Shown here piece after piece: positions 1 to 10,303 of a DNA stretch of 64,000 nt. The stretch comes from a virus: positions 6,894 to 70,893 of the IMG/VR virus record IMGVR_UViG_3300023096_000002; one strand, 5' to 3'. Every line of letters begins with the position of its first letter. The stretch's first letter is position 1. The notes under the pieces were generated by a model, which saw only the letters and a list, made by a program, of their open reading frames with translations, was not told where the DNA came from and searched no databases. Both the position numbers and the translations under genes were made by a program.

Positions 1-780
1 CGCGATCCGTTCGAAGGTCATCGCGCCGAACTGATGGATGGCGTAGCCGCCGCCCGGACCAGTGTCGTCAAGATAAACAGAGGAGACGGCGGCGTCGCCT
101 TGATTGAAGGCGAAAGGTGCAAATTCAATACCGGGCGTCACGCCGTCACCGTTGTAAAAGCGGGCTTTCCAAGGGTTCTTGATATACAGCCCGTCGCAGT
201 CCGCAAGGCTGAACATCAAGCTGTCCCGCGTGTCATTGTTCGGAAACAGAATTTCCTGCCCTGTGACGTAGCGCGGCGCACCCTGCGAGACGGCCGGGAG
301 GTTAGCGATGATGAGCTGCAACAAGGAATTGATAACGATCTTGCCTTGAGCTCCATCGAAGCAACCTGCGAGACTATCGTCAAGGTCCGGAGTGAGAACA
401 TCCGGCAGAGAGCAAAGCGTAGCCATTCGATTAAGAATGTCCTGGATCGGCATCTTGCCCTGAACGCCCGCCAAGCAAGCCATGACGAAGTCATCAGAGA
501 GGTCGCCTGTCGGATGGATGACGCCGCGAGCGCACCAGTTGTTGATCTTCTGAAGAGTCTTCTTCAGATTATCTGTTGCGGAGCAATTGTAGTCATCGCC
601 GAGCGCATTCACGGCATTGCCGATTTCGCTGATGATGAAGTTCATTGCCACTGGATCAAAGCGCGGTGCGCAATTGTTCCGATAGAACAGCGCATCGCAA
701 CCGGGAATAGTTTCAAGACCGGTGTCACCTCCGGTAGTGTTTGGAGCGCTGATGCCAGCGGATGGGAAAATACCGGCCAT
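1..780 (-). CDS. Tail fibre/spike protein, partial (runs off window start)
   Basis: Not in the ORF track. ATG at 780 with GAGGA upstream reads MAGIFPSAGISAPNTTGGDTGLETIPGCDALFYRNNCAPRFDPVAMNFIISEIGNAVN. It follows the baseplate wedge genes, and the NxxxxExxN motif is typical of Mu-type fibre N-termini. Confidence 0.65.
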   Translation of the reverse strand, partial: MAGIFPSAGISAPNTTGGDTGLETIPGCDALFYRNNCAPRFDPVAMNFIISEIGNAVNALGDDYNCSATDNLKKTLQKINNWCARGVIHPTGDLSDDFVMACLAGVQGKMPIQDILNRMATLCSLPDVLTPDLDDSLAGCFDGAQGKIVINSLLQLIIANLPAVSQGAPRYVTGQEILFPNNDTRDSLMFSLADCDGLYIKNPWKARFYNGDGVTPGIEFAPFAFNQGDAAVSSVYLDDTGPGGGYAIHQFGAMTFERIA

Positions 781-792
781 AGAAAGTCCTCG

Positions 793-1680
793 TTATTGGA
801 GTTTGACGCAGATATTGCAGCAAGTCGGGAGCATGCTACGGACGATACAATGCGCCGCCAGTGTCATGGGATAAGCCCGGGAAGGTCCACCGGCACAAAG
901 TCCTTTGCCGGGGGAGAGATAAGTGAGCACCGTTTTACTCGCAGCGAGCATGCTCTCGGGAGTGCGCGGGCAAGGTTCGCGAGTGACAACATTCACGACG
1001 TCCGCAGTCGGCCGCAAGATCAAGCATTTTGGGACACTCGGATTGGTCCCATAGGCAGGATCAATAACCAGCTCAGAATAGAGCGGCTCCAGAATGAAGT
1101 TGATCGCAGCGAGATTGAAAGTCACTCCATGCCGCAGTCGCCATAGAGCAGTGATCACGCCACGCTTATAGACGCGTTCCAATTCTACACCAAAAACGGG
1201 AGGGCAGGGCTCAATGCCACACTCTCCAATGATTTCATACGGTGTCATGGTGCCGAGAGCCGGATCACGGCAGTAACGATTGTAGCAATCGATCCAACCG
1301 AGCCGATCTAGCCATTCATCCATGGTGTCGTATGCTGTGTGGGGCTGGCTTTCGCGTAGGGCGGGCCATAGTGCGCCCACGATAGCGTTATGAAGCTTCT
1401 TTGCGGAGTAAACCGCATGAGCTACCATGCTACCGCACGCATCACCTGGAAGGCTGCAATTTGGATCGGTAGCAGGCCGCGACGGTGCGCAAGCGGAATA
1501 GCATTGAATGCCTTCCTCTTTAGCGCGATCCCAGAGCGGTCCATTCGGTAGGATGTTGATCAGATTGCAGGCCAAGCTGTCAACGGTTATTTCACAAATG
1601 TCCGGCGGGCAGCAACCGCTATCCGGAAGCTGCCCAATCGGAACGAGACCATCAACTCCAGGTATGAAGTCTGTGAACAT
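793..1680 (-). CDS. Baseplate wedge protein (Mu gp48-like), Cys-rich
   Basis: ILPNGPLWD and LRESQP..AYDTMDEWLDRLG motifs; lies after the baseplate J gene. Confidence 0.7.
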   Translation of the reverse strand: MFTDFIPGVDGLVPIGQLPDSGCCPPDICEITVDSLACNLINILPNGPLWDRAKEEGIQCYSACAPSRPATDPNCSLPGDACGSMVAHAVYSAKKLHNAIVGALWPALRESQPHTAYDTMDEWLDRLGWIDCYNRYCRDPALGTMTPYEIIGECGIEPCPPVFGVELERVYKRGVITALWRLRHGVTFNLAAINFILEPLYSELVIDPAYGTNPSVPKCLILRPTADVVNVVTREPCPRTPESMLAASKTVLTYLSPGKGLCAGGPSRAYPMTLAAHCIVRSMLPTCCNICVKLQ

Positions 1681-1683
1681 TGA

Positions 1684-2871
1684 TTAAAGTCCAGTGCTGC
1701 CTGTCGGATTTGTGAACTCGATCGTGTTGAGGCAGATGCGATAATCGCAGCGCGGCTCAACATCACCGCATGCAGTCAACGCGCTGTATTGATCCAGCGG
1801 CTTCAGCAGGACAGCATAGTTCGTCGTGTTCGCCAGAACCTGAGCGATGATGACATTGATATCCGCAAGCAACAGAGGATCGCTAGGGCAATTCCTGTCG
1901 ACAAACTCCGTGATGCGATTGCGGATTTCATTTGCAGCGCCGGGAGTTGCGCAGGCGAGACCGTCAATGACGATATCGATTGGAGCTGGCTGAGCCCAGA
2001 ACACTTTCCCGACCATGCCCCAAGGAGCCTGACCAGCGCCAATCCCTTGAATTACACCAAAAAGCCATTCGCTGATATCATCAGTGACATTCTGCGGAGG
2101 CAGACCACAAGGGAAAGTACCTTCCATGAGCACATAGAGATTGACCGGCTTATTGCAATCAACTCCGCCCTGCCAAGGTTGCACGGCATTGTCATCGCAG
2201 CAGACGCCAGCCCGCTCACAAACGCGCGTCACGCACGGCCATTCACCAGCTTTTTGGAGCACCTGATCCAGTCCGATGCTTGGCTTGTAGCGCATGCGTT
2301 CCAGATACCGGCTACGGAACGGTTCGCATTCCTCAGCGATCGTGCCGCCGCAGAAATTCGTACCGAACATGTTCACTACGGTATCTACGTTCGGCAGGAT
2401 CGTGGTCAAGTTGCCTTTGGTAGTCCCAGGATTGTTACCAGCCGGACCGGGCTCTAGCGCTCGCACCTGGACAACGACCGCACCCGTAGCGCCAAGCGTC
2501 ACCGGAACAGTGTTGATGGAAAGGTATGTGCTAGCGCCGAATTTGAATTGCATGCTCTGCGTTAGCGCTGCATTCGGCTGACCAGTCACGCGGACGTAAC
2601 CGCTGGCGAAGCTCGCCGGACGCGGATAAATGCCGTCCAATGCTGCCATCGCCGTGAGGTTCTCGCAGCAAGCGTAACGCGGATCATGTTCCCGCCAAGC
2701 CTGATCGCTCAAGCTGTAGAACTGCTCCATTGCTGCATAGTCATTAGCGACTACGTAAAATTCATTGCTCTCCGGGATGATGGGAGCGCCGCCCAAAACG
2801 TTGGCAGAGAATAGATTGGACAAGTTCTGGAATAGAACTTTCGGGCTCGGGCGTTCAATTTTGCAATTCAT
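1684..2871 (-). CDS. Baseplate J-like wedge protein (Mu gp47-like)
   Basis: PRPASFASGYVRVTG, VRALEPGPAGN and GGTIAEECEPFRSRYL motifs; probable start MNCKIERP overlaps the upstream stop. Confidence 0.85.
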   Translation of the reverse strand: MNCKIERPSPKVLFQNLSNLFSANVLGGAPIIPESNEFYVVANDYAAMEQFYSLSDQAWREHDPRYACCENLTAMAALDGIYPRPASFASGYVRVTGQPNAALTQSMQFKFGASTYLSINTVPVTLGATGAVVVQVRALEPGPAGNNPGTTKGNLTTILPNVDTVVNMFGTNFCGGTIAEECEPFRSRYLERMRYKPSIGLDQVLQKAGEWPCVTRVCERAGVCCDDNAVQPWQGGVDCNKPVNLYVLMEGTFPCGLPPQNVTDDISEWLFGVIQGIGAGQAPWGMVGKVFWAQPAPIDIVIDGLACATPGAANEIRNRITEFVDRNCPSDPLLLADINVIIAQVLANTTNYAVLLKPLDQYSALTACGDVEPRCDYRICLNTIEFTNPTGSTGL

Positions 2872-3425
2872 TTGGTTGTTTCCCAGACCCAAGAGTTCTC
2901 TAGGCGACTGCCTGTCAGGCCGACCCGACTGGTAATCCCGTTTGTGCCGATGATCTCAATGTCTTGGGCTATGACGCCGCGACCGAGATATTTAACCGTC
3001 ACGTTGACTGCACTGGCAACTCCATATCTCACGAGCTTTGCCAGCGTTGCTTCCGTATAAATCTTGATGAGCTTTACCGTATCGCTTACGGATTTCTGAG
3101 GCGCAATGTATCTGATCTGCGTTCCAGCAGCAAGGCCATCCTCACGGTAGCCATCGGTCCAGTGTCCGCCGCGCGCACCCGGACGATGACCGCAGAGCGT
3201 ATCGTCCTTACGGCCATCAGTGAGCAACATATTGATAGCGAGACCAAGAACATAGTTGTCATTGCGAATTGTCCTGCCTTTGTTGGTCACGCCCTCAGGG
3301 ATATATAGCACCAGTCCAGGAGTACCGCATTCACCGACGCAGCTCTCATCAACGCCGCATGCATTCGGCTGTGTAGTCCAGAAGATTTTCCGCCGACCAT
3401 TGACCGGACCATTGCACTGAACCAC
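2868..3425 (-). CDS. Baseplate wedge protein (Mu gp46-like)
   Basis: AINMLLTDGR, RGGHWTD and EATLAKLVRYGVASAVNV pattern; synteny. Confidence 0.75.
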   Translation of the reverse strand: MVQCNGPVNGRRKIFWTTQPNACGVDESCVGECGTPGLVLYIPEGVTNKGRTIRNDNYVLGLAINMLLTDGRKDDTLCGHRPGARGGHWTDGYREDGLAAGTQIRYIAPQKSVSDTVKLIKIYTEATLAKLVRYGVASAVNVTVKYLGRGVIAQDIEIIGTNGITSRVGLTGSRLENSWVWETTK

Positions 3426-3434
3426 TTTAGCCCC

Positions 3435-3956
3435 TTACTTTTCAAATGGAGGAATGACCACCGGCCCCGGACTAGGCTCAGGTCCGATAATGCTACCGCC
3501 GACGAGCAGATTTTTCTCAACGTAAAGATCACCGCGAACGTAAATCTTGCCGCCTTTGACTTCCAGATAGCCGCCATCACCAACGGCATATTCACCGTCC
3601 GTGAGCCATGTGCGCTTTTTGTTGAACTCAAGCGCACGTTCCGGATCGGTAGGGTGCTGAACGCCGCCAGTGCCTTCATCCCATTTGCGCTGCTTGTCAC
3701 GTGGAATTGTGATAAGAGCGAACTTGAGATTGCTGTCACTGCCGGACATGAGCAGCAGGACTTCGGTGTTATGATTTTTCCCAAAGGACTGACCGAGGCC
3801 GAGATTGACGACAACGGCCTCCTCATCTTGAGTGCCATTGCCGCGAACCTTGACAATTGCGCCAGTATCGAGATACTCAATTTCACCGAACACGTGACGT
3901 TCAGTGCCGTCCTGCATGTCCCGATTGCGTTCCTGGAAGTTGTTAAACGAAGTCAT
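3435..3956 (-). CDS. Baseplate central spike (Mu gp45-like)
   Basis: Located between hub and wedge; beta-rich C-terminus KIYVRGDLYVEKNLLVGGSI. Confidence 0.7.
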   Translation of the reverse strand: MTSFNNFQERNRDMQDGTERHVFGEIEYLDTGAIVKVRGNGTQDEEAVVVNLGLGQSFGKNHNTEVLLLMSGSDSNLKFALITIPRDKQRKWDEGTGGVQHPTDPERALEFNKKRTWLTDGEYAVGDGGYLEVKGGKIYVRGDLYVEKNLLVGGSIIGPEPSPGPVVIPPFEK

Positions 3957-3965
3957 AGCGTGCCC

Positions 3966-5210
3966 TTATGACGGAAGTTTCAACGGTGGAGTATTGATGG
4001 CGATGCCACCAAGGAAGCCTTGCGGTTCTACCACGCTTGCAACTTCTGCGACAGGAGCAAACTGAAGATCAGATGCTTTCCACACATCCATTCCCGATAT
4101 CCCTAGCTGAGCTCGCTTCTGCTTTCCGACGCCGCTGGAGGGGTCAACCTTTTCGATCCCATTAGCACCGGACTTTTCGCTAGGCGGTGGAGCGAGCACC
4201 AGCGTAGTTTTCAACGTCTTATCGTTCTCAACATGATAGGTGAGTTCAACGCATTCTAGGACGTCGAAAATACCTTCCGGTGGGATTTCAACATAGTGGG
4301 TCTGACCGATATCCCAAGGCTCACCACTCTTGGATTGGACATGGAACACATCGATTGAAACGCGAAGAGACTGTGACGTCCGTTTATCGCTCTCAAATTT
4401 TGCACGACGTTCCAGCGCCTCAGGAGTAGCATCTCCATAATGTTGAATAACATACGGAATTTTGCTAGGGACATTCGAATTCTTTGCCCGTTTAGCAATC
4501 TCGAGAACCGCCTGCTCACCCCAGAGTTCGGTTGAAGTCCGTTGACCCTTAACGAGTATGTCAGACTTTTCATGCTCTTCGGACTGGTCAGCGGAGAAGT
4601 AAATGATGTTCTGACCAAGAACGAGGCTTTCGCCACTGTCGCCGACAGTGTCAGTGAAACGCAATTTTCCTTCTCTAGTCTCGTAGAAAAAATGGCCATT
4701 CTCGTTCCCTAGCCGTTGCATTTCCGTGACGACCATAGCGCCATCCCGGAATACGGTTCGGGCCAGTTTGACCTCTTCCGCTTGCCAGTCCAGCTCTACG
4801 TCAAAATCCTTAATCAGCGCCTCAGCAACTTCCCGCGTGGAAGGCTTGATGAGCGTTCCGGTAGGATGTTGCTGAGAGCTGTCAATAAGATATTTGGTGC
4901 GCCCGCGTGCAGTGAGGCTAACAGTGTAGCTGTCCGGGCTAATGCTGCCTGTTGCCTCACTCCCGCTGAACTTGCCCTGACCCTTGCCAGTGCGGCGATC
5001 GAGACTACCAAAAAAGGCGAGATGGCCGCCGACGTAGACAGTGACCTCCTTACCGCGCAACGCGTCAATCGCGACGGGCTCTTTCGGAGTGTAATTGAAG
5101 AAGATTTCACAGCTGAAGGAGCCAGTAAGATCGGACTTTTTGCGCGTTAATGTTGCGCTTGTCCATCCTAGCAATTCCTTGCCGCTAATGAAAATCCGGA
5201 ACGGCTTCAT
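3966..5210 (-). CDS. Baseplate hub (Mu gp44-like)
   Basis: GWTSATLTR, TARGRTKYLIDSS, LVLGQNI and GEPWDIGQ motifs; probable start MKPFRIF coupled to the upstream stop. Confidence 0.85.
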   Translation of the reverse strand: MKPFRIFISGKELLGWTSATLTRKKSDLTGSFSCEIFFNYTPKEPVAIDALRGKEVTVYVGGHLAFFGSLDRRTGKGQGKFSGSEATGSISPDSYTVSLTARGRTKYLIDSSQQHPTGTLIKPSTREVAEALIKDFDVELDWQAEEVKLARTVFRDGAMVVTEMQRLGNENGHFFYETREGKLRFTDTVGDSGESLVLGQNIIYFSADQSEEHEKSDILVKGQRTSTELWGEQAVLEIAKRAKNSNVPSKIPYVIQHYGDATPEALERRAKFESDKRTSQSLRVSIDVFHVQSKSGEPWDIGQTHYVEIPPEGIFDVLECVELTYHVENDKTLKTTLVLAPPPSEKSGANGIEKVDPSSGVGKQKRAQLGISGMDVWKASDLQFAPVAEVASVVEPQGFLGGIAINTPPLKLPS

Positions 5211-6394
5211 CAATTCCTCGCTGCGATAACTCTCGGACCGACCTGCCAAGGCCAGCCGCTCGGGTTGCGTTGTTCAATCTCCAGGAACCGGCTTCCATTA
5301 CCGAAGATTTCATGGGCTGCGACGAGGCTGCTCACGCTGCTCGGGAACTGATACTCGATGATCGCTGGGAGATTATAGGCACGGTCCAAAAGGGCTGTTT
5401 GAACCTCGCTGATGAACGTGGACAGTTTGAGATACAACTTATTGTCGCAAGCTGCCAGAGTGATGGCCTGTTCCTCGCGGAAGACCGTCATCACCATGTC
5501 ATACTGCGCAAAGGCTGTTCCCATGTCCTTTGGTGCCTGTTCCAGCGCCGCTCTGGCTAGGTAGGCCGCGCCTAGTACCCGCGTCGCGGTTAAGACGGCC
5601 TCTACAGAGCCGATCCCAGTGGAACCTACGCGGTAGCTTTGCGTCGCTTGGTTGATCACCATGCGAAACTGCTCTACCTTCTCTTCAGAGGTTCCATACT
5701 TGTCCACCACGGCCATCCCATCGCTCAGCGCACTGAACATCGTTTTGGGGTTGGCGAGCTGGACTGGATCATTCACCAAGTTTTCGAAACCGGCTTGGCT
5801 TCGATAGACCTTGATGTTATTGTCATCTCTGGTAACGTTCGCAAAGGCTTCGCTAACGGAAAGGACAGCATCCCGGCTTGTGTCAATGACGGCAGAACGG
5901 TCATAAAATGCTACCTGATCAGGTTTGTAGTTCTCATAGAAGCTGGCGCTCATAGCCTCAATGACGGGTGAAAGAACCAATCCGAGAATGCTGCCGACAA
6001 GGCTAAGTCCATTAGCCCAATCATTGGCCTCCACGAAGTCCATATCGAACTCAGTTACGCCAGCGCCTTCCGTTGGATTATCCGTGACGCGGAGTTGCTG
6101 GCAAGCAACCATCAATATCCCGCGAGTAGGATGCACCAAAATACCTGGACCGGGTATCTCGACGGCTGCAATCAGAGCCGCACTGAGCAGGATATGATCG
6201 TTCTGCATGAAGCGACCATGAACGCTGTATGTGCGGATTTTGCGACCAAGGTCAGCATAGGCCGTCGTTTCACCGAAAGGGAATTCCCCTTCAGCTCCAC
6301 GACGGCCGTGCTGGCTAGTCACTTCCAATGCTTCAAAGGCGATGCCCTTGTAGCTGCATGGAAGATAGTTGTCCTGATAGCAGCCGTCGGCCAT
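5210..6394 (-). CDS. Mu gp43-like tail/DNA circularisation protein
   Basis: SYKGIAF, GRR..EFP..DLG, GPGILVHP and FDMDFVEA N-terminal motifs; LysM-like C-terminus. Confidence 0.85.
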   Translation of the reverse strand: MADGCYQDNYLPCSYKGIAFEALEVTSQHGRRGAEGEFPFGETTAYADLGRKIRTYSVHGRFMQNDHILLSAALIAAVEIPGPGILVHPTRGILMVACQQLRVTDNPTEGAGVTEFDMDFVEANDWANGLSLVGSILGLVLSPVIEAMSASFYENYKPDQVAFYDRSAVIDTSRDAVLSVSEAFANVTRDDNNIKVYRSQAGFENLVNDPVQLANPKTMFSALSDGMAVVDKYGTSEEKVEQFRMVINQATQSYRVGSTGIGSVEAVLTATRVLGAAYLARAALEQAPKDMGTAFAQYDMVMTVFREEQAITLAACDNKLYLKLSTFISEVQTALLDRAYNLPAIIEYQFPSSVSSLVAAHEIFGNGSRFLEIEQRNPSGWPWQVGPRVIAARN

Positions 6395-8908
6395 TTATCC
6401 ACCCGTCGCAAGGTTCGTGTTAACTCCGGTATTTGGTATCGGAGCGGTAGACTGGTTGACGTTCACATTGAGCGCACCCATTGCAGCCCGCATCGCTTCT
6501 CCGGCAGCTGAGCCGAAGCTACTTGCGATCCCCATGAGTTGCTCGGCGGCGGTGGTTCCGAACGTTGCGCTGGCTTGGGATATGTTCGTTGTCCCTGTCT
6601 CAAACGCGGCACGGATCGTTTCCGCACCAGTGCTCAAGTCCATGGTCAACTGCGAGGCTGTTCCCTGGAGCGCTTGTAGGTCCAGTGTTCGGCTTGACAT
6701 ATAGTCGCTGGAATTTGAGTAACCAGCGGCTTTCCCTTGCGCGAGCTGAGCTTCCAAGGCGGCGATTTGGTTCGTCGTCTGAGCAAGCTTAACGCTCATT
6801 TCCTGCATGCCGGGGCTCAGTTGCTGAGCGGTAGCCATTCCCACGGTAGCGTTCCGTGCCTTAGCACGTTGCTCCGGGGTCATGTTCCCGTAGGCACTAT
6901 CCTGATTGGAACCCTTGAGCATTGCGAGAGAAGCGATGCCAGCAAGCCGGGAAAGCATAGCAAGTAGGCCAGCCTTTCCGGTATTGCCAGCATTCGCGCC
7001 GCCCGCCGCACCAGCCGCCACGCCTGGACCGCCGAGAGCTACTGCAGCGGCCGTCAGGGCGGCAGCAGAGCCGTTCAACGCCACGGCGGCAGCAGGCAGG
7101 CCAAAACCGAGCAAGCCCGCCCCTAGCTTCCCTAGGCCTATTGCGCCCGCTCCGGCAGCGCCGAGCAAGGCATAGTCCTGCACTTCCGCATTCGACTTCC
7201 CTTGCAGCAGATCAATGATCCGTTGCGCAGCTGAACCGACGCTATCCAGCACCGGAATAACCACGCCCGACATCTTGTCCGCGAGCAGTCCAAAAGCGGT
7301 GATGAGAATATTGGAGGTCTCAGTCAGCTGAACATAGCTGGACTGTTGACTGATCCCATAAAGCTCTTCAGAAGACCGAGGTTGCTGATAGAACTTCTCA
7401 AACTTCTGCATATTTTCCGTGAACTGCAGAACCGTCTTGGCGATGAAGTCATCGGCGTTACGATTGCCCGAGAGCGGATCGAGTGCGCTGATGATCTGGG
7501 ATGGCGAAGAGGTCGCAACATTGAGACCCTTCTTTTCAAGAAAGCCTCCGGGTCCAATGATATACTTTTGGAACCATTGTTGAGTGTTCTCGCGGAACAG
7601 CTCCTCATCGACGACCTTGCCTTCTGTGATCGTGTAGGTTTTCTTTTTCCCTACGCGACCGCTCTCAACCATGCTGCTAGGTCCGCGTAGACCAGCATCC
7701 TCTTGAGCCTGCAACGCCTTTTTGGTTGTCTCACCAGCGAGGGTTTTCTGCGTCATGTTCGCTTGAACACCAGCCGTAGAAGCGCCTACGTCAGCCGCTT
7801 GGAGCAGCATGAAGAAGAACTGTTCTGGGCTCATGGTCTGAGCGGAAGTCTTGGCATACTTCAGGACTTGGAAAGCATCCTTGAAGTTGATCTGCGCACC
7901 TTCTGATACCTTAGCGGCAGTATAGGCGTCAATGTATTTCAGGACGCGAGGGTCCATTGCGCCGTCAGCACCAGTGAGATAGCCAGCCTGACCGAGACCT
8001 CGGAACAGTGTGGCGATACCGTCGATAGCCTGTTCCGCTGTTTGACCCTGTTGAACTGCAACCGTGACAGCGCGATCCAGGGTTTTGTCAAACTTCAACG
8101 CATCCATTGGATTTTTGAAGTTCGTGGAAATTTCCGCGTACATGTCCTGACGTTGATCAGCGCGGATCAGCGGATTGGTCTTGGAGCTGGCAAACGCCTG
8201 ATCGCTGAATGCCTGCTTTTGTTCCGGTGTCAGACGCTGTTGCTCGAACTTGTTTGCAGCAACGTCAAATCCCTTTGCGCCTTCTGCTACGGCCTGCTTT
8301 ATAGAGTTCGCGAGCGTATGTCCTAGATCGACAATGAAGCTGCGGAACAAGCTGCGGAGCGGCTGGATATTGAGCCCCAAAAGGCCGTTCTGTGGGCCGG
8401 GACCTCGACCGCGTGGATTGGCATTAGGTATCCGGATATTGTTATTCGGGATGTTCGCCTTCATCTTACCGAGGGCGATTGCAGCCATGTTCGCAGACCG
8501 AGCGACGCGGATAAGCTTGGTAACAAGGCTATCCAGATTGGAAAAGTTCATCTTACCGCTACCAGCGCCAATGATGTCTTTTATTCCACGGGAAGCGCTC
8601 TTGTATTGCGCCAGCGCCGCCGCCATGCCGCGCAACTGCCTAGCGTCCATGCCCTTGGCGCGTATGTTTATGTTGACATTTTTAGGGATTTTGCCAGCTT
8701 CTTTATTGTACTGGCGAAGGCTCCTAGTCACGTCACGAATGCGCTTGTCAACGTTGCCCTTGAGGTCGGGCATCTTGAAATTGGCAAGGGACTTCTGTGT
8801 AGCCTGAGCTTCCTTGCGCAACTGACGGAGAGCTGCGTTGATCTTGCTGATCTTCGCGCTGCTCTGATCGTTGAGCATAAGGGTCGCTTTTTCGACGAAG
8901 TTTACCAA
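6395..8908 (-). CDS. Tape measure protein
   Basis: 837 aa, helical and Ala/Gly-rich, with hydrophobic segments; lies downstream of the tail chaperone. Confidence 0.85.
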   Translation of the reverse strand: MVNFVEKATLMLNDQSSAKISKINAALRQLRKEAQATQKSLANFKMPDLKGNVDKRIRDVTRSLRQYNKEAGKIPKNVNINIRAKGMDARQLRGMAAALAQYKSASRGIKDIIGAGSGKMNFSNLDSLVTKLIRVARSANMAAIALGKMKANIPNNNIRIPNANPRGRGPGPQNGLLGLNIQPLRSLFRSFIVDLGHTLANSIKQAVAEGAKGFDVAANKFEQQRLTPEQKQAFSDQAFASSKTNPLIRADQRQDMYAEISTNFKNPMDALKFDKTLDRAVTVAVQQGQTAEQAIDGIATLFRGLGQAGYLTGADGAMDPRVLKYIDAYTAAKVSEGAQINFKDAFQVLKYAKTSAQTMSPEQFFFMLLQAADVGASTAGVQANMTQKTLAGETTKKALQAQEDAGLRGPSSMVESGRVGKKKTYTITEGKVVDEELFRENTQQWFQKYIIGPGGFLEKKGLNVATSSPSQIISALDPLSGNRNADDFIAKTVLQFTENMQKFEKFYQQPRSSEELYGISQQSSYVQLTETSNILITAFGLLADKMSGVVIPVLDSVGSAAQRIIDLLQGKSNAEVQDYALLGAAGAGAIGLGKLGAGLLGFGLPAAAVALNGSAAALTAAAVALGGPGVAAGAAGGANAGNTGKAGLLAMLSRLAGIASLAMLKGSNQDSAYGNMTPEQRAKARNATVGMATAQQLSPGMQEMSVKLAQTTNQIAALEAQLAQGKAAGYSNSSDYMSSRTLDLQALQGTASQLTMDLSTGAETIRAAFETGTTNISQASATFGTTAAEQLMGIASSFGSAAGEAMRAAMGALNVNVNQSTAPIPNTGVNTNLATGG

Positions 8909-8915
8909 GCGACCC

Positions 8916-9098
8916 TCACTTTAATTTTGCTCCGGCGATGGCTGCGCGGAACCGTATGTCTTGATCGTTGATCTTGCGGAACTGTGCGATCCGCAAGGCC
9001 AGTTTTTTGATCGACAGGGTGGAGACGTCAGTGCTTCCATTTGAATAGAAGCGCATCTCCTCCACCGAACTGCAGACCTTTTTGGCTATTCTAAAAAA
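8916..9098 (-). CDS. C-terminal extension of tail assembly chaperone reached by -1 frameshift
   Basis: Slippery T TTT TTA at 9092-9098; the -1 frame stays open to 8916, just before the tape measure start. Confidence 0.7.
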   Translation of the reverse strand, partial: FFRIAKKVCSSVEEMRFYSNGSTDVSTLSIKKLALRIAQFRKINDQDIRFRAAIAGAKLK

Positions 9099-9721
9099 CG
9101 TGGGCGGACTTCTTCCATGATCGTATGGCCGTCTGCCATCGTGATCTGATCCATGGCCCATGAAGGCAGCGACTGGAGATTGATTTCCAGACCGACGGGC
9201 TTGGCGAGCAGGCGGATCATTGCCAGCGCCTGATCAGCGAACATCGGTTCTGCCATGATCTCTTCGACGTCACCAAAAGTGTTGGCTGAGAATTCCAGCT
9301 CTTTGATAACGATATCCTCAGCACCGCTCTTCATGGTGATCGGCGTGCCGAGTTCATAAAGCAGGCTGGAGCTGACGCCGTCACCAGTACCGACGATCTT
9401 GCCGGGAGTACCTTGATCTTCGCCGAGAGCATCAATGAGCTTCTTGGCATATGGGATCGGCATCTGCGTGATCGCCTGCTCAGTGAGCTTGACAACCTCG
9501 CCGCTCTTTGTGAAGCATTTAACCTGAGTGAGCATGCGTGCGCGGCGATTATGGAGCTGCCATTGCGCATTGCCCTCAACTCCGAGAGCGTTTGTCTTGG
9601 ATGCCGCCTCGACGAACTGCACGAAATTGATCGGCGTTACCGTCATGTAGTCAATTGACTTTTCGCCAATCAGAAACGGACGACCATCGATCTTGATGGT
9701 GTTTGATTTGATCTCTGTCAT
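9086..9721 (-). CDS. Tail assembly chaperone
   Basis: Between tube and tape measure genes; probable start MTEIKSN; ends CGT TTT TTA GAA TAG. Confidence 0.75.
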   Translation of the reverse strand: MTEIKSNTIKIDGRPFLIGEKSIDYMTVTPINFVQFVEAASKTNALGVEGNAQWQLHNRRARMLTQVKCFTKSGEVVKLTEQAITQMPIPYAKKLIDALGEDQGTPGKIVGTGDGVSSSLLYELGTPITMKSGAEDIVIKELEFSANTFGDVEEIMAEPMFADQALAMIRLLAKPVGLEINLQSLPSWAMDQITMADGHTIMEEVRPRFLE

Positions 9722-9760
9722 TCTGAAAATCCCTATGTGCCGGTGTGCCGGAGAAGCAAC

Positions 9761-9793
9761 CGCGCCCTCACTCCCGGCACGGAATGAGGGCGC
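9761..9793. terminator. Hairpin downstream of tail tube gene
   Basis: GCGCCCTCA...TGAGGGCGC inverted repeat; no clear U-tract. Confidence 0.4.
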
Positions 9794-9848
9794 AGGAGAA
9801 CGCAACCAAACCGAGGTTCAGCTGCTTCTATCCCTACACTAGAAAGGC

Positions 9849-10259
9849 TTAGGCCGCAACCGCTCCGGCGGGCAAAAGCTCATCCAGCTGACGGAAAGTC
9901 AGTTCCATTGCGACTTCGTGACCATCCGATTTATCATCGCCGAGCACGCCGCCGGACTTTCCGGTGTATACAAGACCGTTCTCCATTTCGACCTGAAGGT
10001 CTACTCCGGCGCAGCCTTGGTAGTAGCTCAACGGAATGCGCAGATCGCGGATAACGTTGATTTCGACGCCAGCGTTTGAAGCCGTGCGGCGGGTATATCC
10101 CTGCGTCATGGCTTCATTCGTCCAGACGCAAAGTTTGAAAGTCGGCAACTCATCGGTTGCCAGCTTGTGAGAGTACGGACCGTATTTCTGTCCGTTGGAG
10201 CAATCGAAGAATGTCATGAGGATATTCTTGACGCCAACGATACCTTCGCAGCCTGCCAT
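9849..10259 (-). CDS. Tail tube protein
   Basis: 136 aa, beta-rich, immediately after the sheath gene. Confidence 0.8.
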   Translation of the reverse strand: MAGCEGIVGVKNILMTFFDCSNGQKYGPYSHKLATDELPTFKLCVWTNEAMTQGYTRRTASNAGVEINVIRDLRIPLSYYQGCAGVDLQVEMENGLVYTGKSGGVLGDDKSDGHEVAMELTFRQLDELLPAGAVAA

Positions 10260-10303
10260 GTTTCTGTTCCTTCAGAGTTTGCGGTTGGAGTTTGCGACCG
10301 GGA

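Noticed and set aside
34-1146. 370-aa plus-strand ORF, and similar long antisense ORFs (16554-18056, 43631-45163, 44845-45804, 49653-50603, 51100-52035)
   Set aside because: Shadow frames opposite well-supported genes with biased codon use; no recognisable motifs.
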